DNA of 60,560 nt, taken from NCBI GenBank assembly GCA_903920005.1, contig CAIXKI010000169.1, positions 1 to 60,560 on the forward strand. Direction: 5' to 3'. The notes beneath the pieces were generated by a model, which worked only from the letters and a program-made list of their open reading frames with translations, did not search any database and was not told where the DNA came from. A program made the translations under genes and the position numbers. This DNA is from an uncultured delta proteobacterium. Lineage in GTDB: Bacteria > Bdellovibrionota_C > UBA2361 > OMII01. Shown piece after piece: positions 1 through 7,476 of this stretch; position 1 is the first letter of the stretch; every line of letters starts with the position of its first letter.

Positions 1-207
1 CGCAAATATTTTGCACGTCCCCTCATCATGTTCAAGTATTCCCGCGACGATCGAAATGAGCGTTGTTTTGCCGCATCCTGATGGGCCGACGAGCATGAAG
101 AGCTCTCCCGGCTTCACATCTAAATCAACCCCACGAAGCGCGAGGGTGAGATTTCCCTTTTTTCCGTAGCTTTTGGTAATGCCTTGGCACAGGATCGCTG
201 GTTCCAT
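1..207 (-). CDS. ABC transporter ATP-binding subunit (DevA/MacB-type), N-terminal 69 codons only; gene continues past the window edge
   Basis: Minus-strand translation from ATG (207-205) gives MEPAILCQGITKSYGKKGNLTLALRGVDLDVKPGELFMLVGPSGCGKTTLISIVAG with Walker A GPSGCGKTT. It starts 2 nt after the stop of the permease gene. Confidence 0.85.
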   Translation of the reverse strand, partial: MEPAILCQGITKSYGKKGNLTLALRGVDLDVKPGELFMLVGPSGCGKTTLISIVAGILEHDEGTCKIFA

Positions 208-209
208 CT

Positions 210-1370
210 CTAGCTCCTGAAAACGATCCCTGGTTCAAGGCGCAAGACCTTCCAGAGGCTAAAGATTGTTGTAAGGACGGTGATGAGCGTTGTCGCGAGA
301 ACCGTTACCACTGGTATCTGCCAGGGCATGTAAAACGCGAGCTCTGAGTTCTTTGATATGATGCTGGTGAGAGACGCAAGCCCCATGCCGATAGAACTTC
401 CGAGGGTGCCTACGAGCATGGTTTGAAGAATGATCATGATAAAGAGGAGCCCGTTTGACGCTCCCATCGCCTTGAGAATACCGAGGTACCTCATATTGTC
501 AGTGATGAAGCTATAGAACGTTTGTCCTACGATAGCGACTCCAACAAGGAACCCAAGACCAACGGCGATACCAAAATTAATAGGAATGCCGGTGTTCTTC
601 ATGAAGTAGCGGATGGTGACGCTTTTGAACTGAGAACGTGTGTACGCGACGAGTCCAGTTTGTTGATTGATGCGCTTCGCTACGACGCTTAGGTCCGCGC
701 CGGGCTGAGCTTTAGCTAATATGAACGAGAGAAGCTTGCGCTCTCGGGGAGCGAATCGCATCGCGCGAGAATAGGTGGTGTAGACAACGGGCTGAGACTG
801 GAATGTTCGCGTCGTTCGAGCGATGCCGACGACCACCGCTCGGTTGTCGTTTAGTTCAAGGATATCTCCAATTCGAAGGGGTGTCTTCGGGCTTGTTGGT
901 GTTGGACCTGGCTTTGCGAGCTTTCCATTCGCCGCGGCTTCATCCACAATAACAGAGTCCGCGAGGCGAAGATCCGCGACCGTCCCCACCGCCATAACAG
1001 GTGGGCCGCCTACGAGAGTTGAATCATCGAGCCCAATAACGTTGCAGGTTTGAAAGCTTCCGTTCGGTAGTCGTGCGCGGATAGAGCCCTTGTACAACGG
1101 CACTGCCCACTCAACTCCTTGAACTCCGCGGATCTGGAGGAGCTTGGTGTCCTGAAGCGGTTTGATGTCATCAACGAATTGCACCTTTGGATCCATGACC
1201 CAAAGATCTGGCAGAGGTGTATCGAAGAGGAACCCCACGGTTCGCGACATGAGCCCAACGAAGATAGAGCTCTGTTGAGTAATGATAAGTGAGGTTAGGG
1301 CAACGCCAAAGAGCATCGCGAAGAACTTGCCCTTATTTCCCACCAGCATTTTAAGCGCAATCAGATACAC
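210..1370 (-). CDS. ABC exporter permease, FtsX/MacB fold, DevC-like (386 aa)
   Basis: N-terminal TM helix, large extracytoplasmic domain and three C-terminal TM helices. Size and N-terminus (IALKMLVGNKGKF) resemble DevC. GTG start at 1370, alternative ATG at 1349. Directly coupled to the ATPase gene. Confidence 0.75.
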   Translation of the reverse strand: MYLIALKMLVGNKGKFFAMLFGVALTSLIITQQSSIFVGLMSRTVGFLFDTPLPDLWVMDPKVQFVDDIKPLQDTKLLQIRGVQGVEWAVPLYKGSIRARLPNGSFQTCNVIGLDDSTLVGGPPVMAVGTVADLRLADSVIVDEAAANGKLAKPGPTPTSPKTPLRIGDILELNDNRAVVVGIARTTRTFQSQPVVYTTYSRAMRFAPRERKLLSFILAKAQPGADLSVVAKRINQQTGLVAYTRSQFKSVTIRYFMKNTGIPINFGIAVGLGFLVGVAIVGQTFYSFITDNMRYLGILKAMGASNGLLFIMIILQTMLVGTLGSSIGMGLASLTSIISKNSELAFYMPWQIPVVTVLATTLITVLTTIFSLWKVLRLEPGIVFRS

Positions 1371-1411
1371 CCCTCTACTGTACTTGCTCTTCGGGGCGAG
1401 GGGAACTGCGT

Positions 1412-2434
1412 TTACGCCTTATCGCTAGGTCGGATCATGCCGTGAGCGAGGAGATCTTGGATGTCGATTAGTCCGACCGGGAGGTTTTGTTCGTCAACCA
1501 CAAGAAGTTGGTCGATTTTACGTTCTTGGATGATGCGGGCAGCTTCTTGAGCTAATTTGTCTGGGTGAATGGTAATGGGGGTTCGAGAGCAGAGTTCCCC
1601 GATCGGTCTCTTAAGAAACTCAGTATCCTGTTCAAGGCATCGCCGGAGGTTACCGTCGGTAAAGACCCCGACGAGAATACCCTTGTCGTTAACGATACCA
1701 GCCGCGCCTGGGCGACCCTTTGTTTCTGTGATCTGGCGTAGAGCCTTCTTCGTTTCTACCGACTCGTGCACGACGCAGCAGCTATCGCCGGCCCGCATAA
1801 TGTCAGCCACGAGCATGAGTGAGCGTCCTAGATCGCCTCCAGGATGAAATGCCGCGAATTCTTCACGGGAGAAGCCGCGACGTTTCACGAGCGTCATGGC
1901 GAGAGCGTCACCGAGAGCCATCATGACCGTCGTGCTGGTCGTAGGCGCAAGCCCAAGAGGACCTGCCTCAGGGAAGCGACCCGTTTCAATCACTATATCG
2001 CTATGTTTTGCGAGCGTTGAGCTTGAAATGCTTGTAATTGAGATAATGTGACTGCCGTGTTCTTTCAGGGTCGGAAGGAGTCGGACAACTTCAGACGTCT
2101 CTCCGGAGTTGGAGAGGAGGAGCGCTACGTCGTCTTTCGTAAATCGACCGAGATCTCCGTGAACGGCATCCGCGGGATGAAGAAAGAAGCTTGGGAAGCC
2201 GATGCTGGAAAGGGTTGCCGATATTTTTTGCGCTACGAACCCCGCTTTGCCCATGCCCGAGACTACTATGCGCGATCCGGGAGTGAGTGAGAGAATAGCG
2301 GTAACGGCCTGAGAGAATGACTCATCCAGAAGGTCTGCGACTGAGGAGAGCGCGGCGATCTCCTCACGAATGACGGATTGCCCATATTCGATATCGCCTG
2401 CCACGAGAGATCTATGTGAAGCTGCATCGCCCAT
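1412..2434 (-). CDS. kpsF: Arabinose-5-phosphate isomerase (SIS domain + tandem CBS domains), KpsF/GutQ family
   Basis: 340 aa. SIS motifs VVSGMGKAGFVAQKISATLSSIG and LLLSNSGETSEV, with a C-terminal CBS pair (GAAGIVNDKGILVGVFTDGNLRR, LLVVDEQNLPVGLIDIQDLL). Confidence 0.9.
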   Translation of the reverse strand: MGDAASHRSLVAGDIEYGQSVIREEIAALSSVADLLDESFSQAVTAILSLTPGSRIVVSGMGKAGFVAQKISATLSSIGFPSFFLHPADAVHGDLGRFTKDDVALLLSNSGETSEVVRLLPTLKEHGSHIISITSISSSTLAKHSDIVIETGRFPEAGPLGLAPTTSTTVMMALGDALAMTLVKRRGFSREEFAAFHPGGDLGRSLMLVADIMRAGDSCCVVHESVETKKALRQITETKGRPGAAGIVNDKGILVGVFTDGNLRRCLEQDTEFLKRPIGELCSRTPITIHPDKLAQEAARIIQERKIDQLLVVDEQNLPVGLIDIQDLLAHGMIRPSDKA

Positions 2435-2496
2435 AAGGGGTCAGTATATCGTGAGTGACGAGCTTAATCCAACAGTTCAAAAACACACGTTATTTT

Positions 2497-2670
2497 AGCC
2501 GTATGTGCATGTCTGGGCTCTGGATTTACTGGGAAACGTGCGACTCCCTCTGGGATAACATAACTTCTTGGCCGCGTCCGGGTTCCTTATCTGAGGATTG
2601 AGCATAGAATCTCGTCTTGATACGCCAGGAAAGTGCCGCAAAAACGCGACGGCGGAGTTTTGCCTCTTAT
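2497..2670 (+). repeat. Repeat module A, copy 1 (174 bp)
   Basis: Aligns base for base with 13556-13729 in direct orientation, with 5 mismatches by eye. Lies in a gene-free gap. Confidence 0.95.
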
Positions 2671-2840
2671 AAGGAACACCTACTTGTGAGTAAAGCGCTA
2701 CCCGTATTTAGGCCCCACACTACTTCTGCGCCTCTAGCGACTTATCACTTTTGTATGAGGTCTATAGTTCCAGTTCTCAGGCTTAAGTTTGAGGCGTTCC
2801 GCTTCAAGTCTTCTGGCCTTCATTTCTCAAGTCCCCGTTA
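2671..2840 (+). repeat. Repeat module B, copy 1 (170 bp)
   Basis: Its reverse complement recurs at 15280-15448 with a few mismatches. The first 33 nt also recur at 43333-43365. Confidence 0.95.
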
Positions 2841-2854
2841 GTATACTTCTCTTT

Positions 2855-2903
2855 CTTGAAATTTAGCGATGGCCCCGGGGCTTGTTGTCTCTCGTTCGAG
2901 CGA
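2855..2903 (+). repeat. Repeat module C, copy 1 (49 bp)
   Basis: cttgaaatttagcgatggccccggggcttgttgtctctcgttcgagcga matches the reverse complement of 15132-15180 with about 5 mismatches. Confidence 0.85.
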
Positions 2904-3342
2904 GTACTCGACGCTATTATTTCACGGTCCTCAAAGTCGATCGCAACACAGCAATAAACTAGTCGGCCCTATTGGCTATACTGGTGGAACTTGTGAGTAT
3001 TTTGCCGTGTTAAAAATGAGCTGTAAGCTCATTGGGGCTGGTGTATCTCCGACACAAGTAGATTTCTTTACTATTACGACGACCTCAAGGATGAGACCAT
3101 CTTTGGTGGCGCGAAGATATTGGGGAGGAGAGCCCGTCACGATGGGTGAGCGTACACCATAAGGAACGCTCGCCGCTATCGGCAGACCCCTCTCACTGGG
3201 ACATCGCACTTCCGATACGTTCACCTACCTGTTGTAGCCAAACCGATCATGGCCTCTACTAAGACGCTGTTGAGATGCGAGTAATGCTCCCTACACCGTA
3301 CAGCGTGCCAGCCAAATGGGACACATTAAGAATCCGAGACTA

Positions 3343-3591
3343 TCAGCGGTTGAATAAGATTTTACTGAGCGCTCGTATAGGGTACGTGAGCGCAAACAGC
3401 ATACCCCGGTAAAAAAGATGTCGTCGCCGTTGCCGGATAGCTTCCTTCTCCTTGACCTTTCTCACGTAAATCGGCTTTGAACGACGCAAGCCCAACAAAA
3501 CCGATTCGGCGATTCGATCTTCAGAGTCAACAACTGGGACCTCTCCTATTAAAGCTCCCGCGATCACGTTTTCAGCGTCTCTAGCGCGCAT
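3343..3591 (-). CDS. Hypothetical 82-aa protein, last ORF of the MNIO operon (tentative)
   Basis: ATG at 3591 overlaps the DUF692 stop (3581-3583) by 11 nt. Basic, no recognisable domain. Its position is the only support. Confidence 0.35.
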   Translation of the reverse strand: MRARDAENVIAGALIGEVPVVDSEDRIAESVLLGLRRSKPIYVRKVKEKEAIRQRRRHLFYRGMLFALTYPIRALSKILFNR

Positions 3592-4462
3592 TCTGCACCG
3601 CTGTCCGCCGTTTACGCCCTCGGGAGAGCGCCCCTCGCGCTTTATCCAATTCCGCCTTTATTTCCTCGAATGCCGGATAGTTCCCATCACGCTCAAGTAT
3701 GACGGTAAGTGTTTGTGGCACGACCGAGGCCAACTCCTCTAGTAATGTATAAACTTCCTCAGCTACGGGGTGAAGATGATCATCAAGGAAATATTCGCCC
3801 GCTTCATCTGTCGTGGCGTGCCCCCCCGCGATATGCACGTATTTGACATCGGACAGGGGAAATTTGAGCATTTCCGCAAGCCAGTCAGTTTGGAAGTTTC
3901 TGCTGTTCGCGTAAATATTTTCAAGATCAAGAAGCAATTTAACACCGGCGCCCTTGATTATCTCAGTGGTCCACGCTGCCTCACTCATCGTACTACCGAT
4001 GGGGTGATACAAGGTCGCGATGTTTTCGAGGTGAGGGACTGAGCCGATGGCTTTCGCGGCTACATGAACGTTACGTATAGTGCTCTCAACTGTCTCCTCT
4101 GACCACGGTGGCGCCGCTAAATGTCCAAGCTCATGGTCCGTAGTCCTTACAAACGCGAAGTGTTCTGACCAAGCCTCTGGTCCTATAGCGCCAACGACTC
4201 GGGCGACAGCCTCAACGTGCTTTGAACTCACCGCGTAGGTGCTCGCTAATCCCAAACTAACAGCGTGAACGACGATATCAACTTCAGAGGAGAGACGATT
4301 GAAAACTTTTAGTTCCGACTTGCTAAGGTGCGTACAATTTTCAGCGACGACCTCTATGATATCTATCTCTTCAAGTTGTTCAAGGATTCCCACTCCGATC
4401 TCTGGGCGCCAGCCTACTCCAACGCGATCTTCAACCGATTTGTAGCCCTGAAAATCGCTCAT
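3581..4462 (-). CDS. DUF692 / MbnB-like multinuclear non-heme iron oxidative enzyme (MNIO)
   Basis: Family blocks are all present: GVGWRPEIG, IDIIEVVAEN, HAVSLGLAS, WSEHFAF, LENIATLY, LLLDLENIYANS, YVHIAGGH, LDDHLHPV, TVILERDGNYP. The ATG at 4462 overlaps the stop of the upstream gene (TGATG). The track start at 4465 is a TTG one codon earlier. Confidence 0.9.
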   Translation of the reverse strand: MSDFQGYKSVEDRVGVGWRPEIGVGILEQLEEIDIIEVVAENCTHLSKSELKVFNRLSSEVDIVVHAVSLGLASTYAVSSKHVEAVARVVGAIGPEAWSEHFAFVRTTDHELGHLAAPPWSEETVESTIRNVHVAAKAIGSVPHLENIATLYHPIGSTMSEAAWTTEIIKGAGVKLLLDLENIYANSRNFQTDWLAEMLKFPLSDVKYVHIAGGHATTDEAGEYFLDDHLHPVAEEVYTLLEELASVVPQTLTVILERDGNYPAFEEIKAELDKARGALSRGRKRRTAVQNAR

Positions 4463-5316
4463 CAACTACCACAGCCCCCGCACCCGCCACCACAGCCACC
4501 GCCGCCGCAACTACTACCACACGAAGTTCCGCAGCTCGATCCGCTTCCACCCTCAGATTTAAACGCTGACATGAACATATACTCACTCGAAGAGAGAACA
4601 CTTACTCCAAACACAGCTATTAGGAATGAAAAATGACGGTTCTGCGATGGATTCACCAACTCTTTTGTCTGGCTTTTCAACCTACCGAATAGGGTCTTTA
4701 GATCTTTAAGAGCGACGCTTCCCGCTGGTGTATACCAAAGAGGGAACTTCGCGTGAACGACAACTCCCACCACCGCCAGTATCATCAAAAATTCTATATT
4801 GTGCCTTCCGCGTTGAAGCGCAACCAGAATTTTTATCATCGCGAAAGCCAGCAAAGTGCCAATAATTATTATTTTAACTATGACCGACCTCTGTCGCTCA
4901 TCGCCCGACAGAATAAGATGATCATTGACCAGTGGCTGATGAAATAGCTTTTCCGCCACCTCTGCCGATCTTCCAGTCTCAAGTTTCCCAAGCGTCAATC
5001 CCGCAAAACAGTTCTCAAGGATCGCCCTTTCGAGCTGATGAGTGGTGGACGCCAACTGGCCCTTTTGGTACGTAATCGTATCTCCACTTACTTTGGCCGC
5101 CCTACGATGTACGAGCGTGGCCGCCGCCACCTTCACCGCTTCTTTTGGCCCTCCTCTTAGGTACGCGATTTGATACGGGTCAGTCAGCGGACGTCGAACA
5201 CTGCCGCTTTCTCCCAAAGTCCGCCAGAATAGCCAGAGGACCGCACCGCTCGCGACAATAAGCAGCGAGTAGAAAACTAAAAATTGCGGTCCATGCAGAT
5301 CAAATGGGTTAATCAT
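4462..5316 (-). CDS. TIGR04222-type membrane protein with C-terminal Cys/Gly-rich tail
   Basis: The N-terminus MINPFDLHGPQFLVFYSLLIV matches my recollection of the TIGR04222 signature. Several TM helices. The C-terminus is SEGGSGSSCGTSCGSSCGGGGCGGGCGGCGS. ATGA overlap with the upstream gene. Confidence 0.75.
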   Translation of the reverse strand: MINPFDLHGPQFLVFYSLLIVASGAVLWLFWRTLGESGSVRRPLTDPYQIAYLRGGPKEAVKVAAATLVHRRAAKVSGDTITYQKGQLASTTHQLERAILENCFAGLTLGKLETGRSAEVAEKLFHQPLVNDHLILSGDERQRSVIVKIIIIGTLLAFAMIKILVALQRGRHNIEFLMILAVVGVVVHAKFPLWYTPAGSVALKDLKTLFGRLKSQTKELVNPSQNRHFSFLIAVFGVSVLSSSEYMFMSAFKSEGGSGSSCGTSCGSSCGGGGCGGGCGGCGS

Positions 5317-6035
5317 ACAAGCGATTTAATCTGCTCCTTCATGAGAGAGGTAAGTTCGAGGACATCGGAGAGCGCCCGCTTAATCTCGTCAAGGGCGAAG
5401 GTCTTGCCTTCTCTCGCCTCTGACACAACACAGAGACTCATCTTAAATCCATCAGCTCTAATCCCCGCCGCTACCAATTCTAGAGCCTGTTTTGGGCTTT
5501 CAAAAGCCACCCCCCTCATCTCAAGGAACGCGCTCGCTGATGCCCGCAAAGGTGAAACGCTATCCGCTAGAATTTGAGTTAGTTGCTCCGCGCTTTCATT
5601 CCTCAACGCGAAGGCGTAGCGCAGGCGCAAAAGAAGGTTCAGAAGAACCTGCCTCAATCGAGCCACAAGCGCCTCTTTAGAGATCGCCATCGCGGCGAAT
5701 GGATCAGAGCCATACAAAACGCGACGCCGACGAGAGATATCCGAGAACTTGACCGCGAATAATTGCGACGCTGTGGCCAGTTCGCTCTCAAGTAGAAACA
5801 TCACCTGCAGGTCTATCGCCGCCGCGGCAAAGGTAAGAATTGAAGACAACGCGGCCGCGTCGTTTGGGGTGTACGAGCGCGCGACCAAGACAACATTCAC
5901 ATCAGACGTCTTCCGCAGCCGCCCCTCCGCCGCGCTTCCGTACAGAACCACCGAGACGAGCCGATCTCCGAAAACTATTTCAGCTTCACCGACAAACGCG
6001 TCTAGCGCTTTATTGACCCGCTCTGGTAGTTGCAT
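5313..6035 (-). CDS. Pol-beta-superfamily nucleotidyltransferase with helical C-terminal domain (KNTase-like layout)
   Basis: The motif VVLYGSAAEGRLRKTSDVNVVLV is hG[GS]-x(9-13)-D-h-X with Asn in place of the second acidic residue. 240 aa with a helical C-terminal half. First gene of the coupled operon. Confidence 0.7.
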   Translation of the reverse strand: MQLPERVNKALDAFVGEAEIVFGDRLVSVVLYGSAAEGRLRKTSDVNVVLVARSYTPNDAAALSSILTFAAAAIDLQVMFLLESELATASQLFAVKFSDISRRRRVLYGSDPFAAMAISKEALVARLRQVLLNLLLRLRYAFALRNESAEQLTQILADSVSPLRASASAFLEMRGVAFESPKQALELVAAGIRADGFKMSLCVVSEAREGKTFALDEIKRALSDVLELTSLMKEQIKSLV

Positions 6036-6363
6036 ACTAATTTTCTTCCCTTCCGATCACCTAAAATCCTCGGATCGGCCCAACTGTTTTTGTGCTCGCG
6101 CAGCGTTCAAAAAGCTCACCCACTATACAAGCTCTATCTCCACGCGAGCCCCGTTTGTTTCCGACGCCTATGTCCTTAAAAACAATTCGGTCTCCAGGCG
6201 AACGTGCTCTTGCAACGGAGCGCTGGTGACTTGCATCTTGCGGAATTCGAAACGATGCTAATAGGACTTACTCGTGTTCGCTAGTCAATTTATCCGCCTC
6301 AACGCGCGGGCTCTAATTGCTAAGCATGAGAATCGCTTCAAAGCACCGTGGAGAATCCAAAGG

Positions 6364-6498
6364 CCTTCTCTGGTCCTTCTCTGGTACAGGGCAACTCTCG
6401 ATCTCACTGACTCATCCGCACAACAAGCGAAAACCACACAGAAGAATGAGCCGGTTTGGAGTTGCCCTGTACCAGTGGAGCTGGACCAGTGGAGCTGG
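6364..6498 (+). repeat. Palindromic element, copy 1 (17-bp terminal inverted repeats + flanking tandem duplications)
   Basis: CTGGTACAGGGCAACTC (6381-6397) pairs with GAGTTGCCCTGTACCAG (6459-6475). Left flank ccttctctggt x2 (6364-6385). Right flank accagtggagctgg x2 (6471-6498). Confidence 0.95.
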
Positions 6499-6630
6499 CA
6501 TTCGCTGATAGAGAAATGTGTACGTTCTTAAAACATATGATGGCCAGGTTCAGCACGTTGATGAGTAGGTAGAAATCGGGATAACCACAGGAGACTCTTT
6601 TAGTTTCCGATTAGATTTTAAATCATGTAA

Positions 6631-6666
6631 TCATCGGATTTTACCGGGTCATCGGATTTTACCGGG
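6631..6666 (+). repeat. Perfect tandem duplication, 18 nt x2 (tcatcggattttaccggg)
   Basis: Read directly: 6631-6648 and 6649-6666 are identical. Confidence 0.95.
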
Positions 6667-6687
6667 CGGTCTCTGAGTGAAATAAGC

Positions 6688-6698
6688 GGGGGGGGGGG
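6688..6698. repeat. Homopolymeric G11 tract
   Basis: Eleven consecutive G, about 240 bp upstream of the Cys-rich secreted protein gene. Confidence 0.95.
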
Positions 6699-6703
6699 CT
6701 CGT

Positions 6704-6722
6704 ATTCCACTAAAAGTAGAAT
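6704..6722. promoter_or_regulatory. ATTCCAC-TAAAA-GTAGAAT box (imperfect palindrome), candidate operator
   Basis: tattccactaaaagtaga is identical over 18 nt to 43422-43439. It is related to the perfect palindrome at 42341-42361. Intergenic. Confidence 0.4.
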
Positions 6723-6936
6723 ATGTGCGTTTTGCGACATTTTTTTCCATGACAGGCGTCTTCAACATATATTTTTCTCTTAGTTTTGGGCGAACATTAT
6801 GTTTATATCCACCCGACGTAGTGACTGCTTAGAGTGTTTCAACGAGCCGTGGGCGTACGTCGAAGTGAAATCCACGGTGAGTGTATAAAATCTTCAGGCG
6901 CCTATTGGGTGCTTTGGGGAAATTAAATAGAGGAGT

Positions 6937-7356
6937 ATGAGTATGAGATTATTTTATGCAGCTCTCGGACTGGCGGTATCGCTGGTTGCCCTAGCAGGTT
7001 CAACTTCGATAGCGCAAGCAGCTTGCGGAGCGATTGCGGTTTATTCAAAAGGCGGCGCTGTAGAGATATCTGGCCCGACAACGATATGCCCCGAGGGTGC
7101 GGTTCCAGGAGATCCTGGATGCACTGAGGTGCAACAGGGTGCGTGTTGGCCGTGGTCAAAGAAAGTAATTCATACTTGTCCCGGTGGAAGCAAAGTTTAC
7201 GCGTTTGGAGATTGCGCACTATGTGTCTCCGAGAAAACGGGAACTCGAAATGCTGGTATCGCCTGCTGCGCTGCCATCACGACAGCTGGTAAAACTGAAC
7301 GACAGTTATGTGACAACAAGGTCAATAAAACAGCCGATGGTTTAGGCATGCCTTAG
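6937..7356 (+). CDS. Small secreted cysteine-rich protein (139 aa, 12 Cys)
   Basis: AGAGGAG ribosome-binding site before the ATG. Signal peptide MSMRLFYAALGLAVSLVALAGSTSIAQA. 12 Cys in the mature part. Confidence 0.8.
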   Translation: MSMRLFYAALGLAVSLVALAGSTSIAQAACGAIAVYSKGGAVEISGPTTICPEGAVPGDPGCTEVQQGACWPWSKKVIHTCPGGSKVYAFGDCALCVSEKTGTRNAGIACCAAITTAGKTERQLCDNKVNKTADGLGMP

Positions 7357-7476
7357 GCCTATAGGGCATCATGAAGTCAGCAAAACTTTCACGGCTCTTA
7401 CGGCAAAAAGAATGCTGGCTTAATCCCAAGGCGCTGGACTCCGATGAGTCCAGCGCTTACTCGCTGCGGAGGATGT

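Noticed and set aside
2539-3340. Possible ORF-less group II intron, because module A contains GTGCGAC preceded by a GAGCC...GGCTC hairpin
   Set aside because: I could not find a domain V-like 34-nt hairpin (AGC triad, GNRA loop), a domain VI bulged A, or any reverse transcriptase. GTGCG alone is insufficient.
4328-4636. 102-aa plus-strand ORF with a poly-Pro/Gln stretch (PQPPHPPPQPPPPQLLP)
   Set aside because: It is the antisense reading of the Cys/Gly-tail codons of the TIGR04222 gene and of the DUF692 start region. It has no ribosome-binding site and is a compositional artefact.
6274-6531. ORFs running through the palindromic element copies (6274-6531, 6317-6508, 9057-9344, 9061-9300), which would suggest the element encodes a peptide
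   Set aside because: The LLWYRATLDL frame is closed by a TAA in copy 3. The other shared frame has no conserved start, and its substitutions are not biased to synonymous sites. The 16-18 bp inverted repeats argue for a DNA or RNA structural element.
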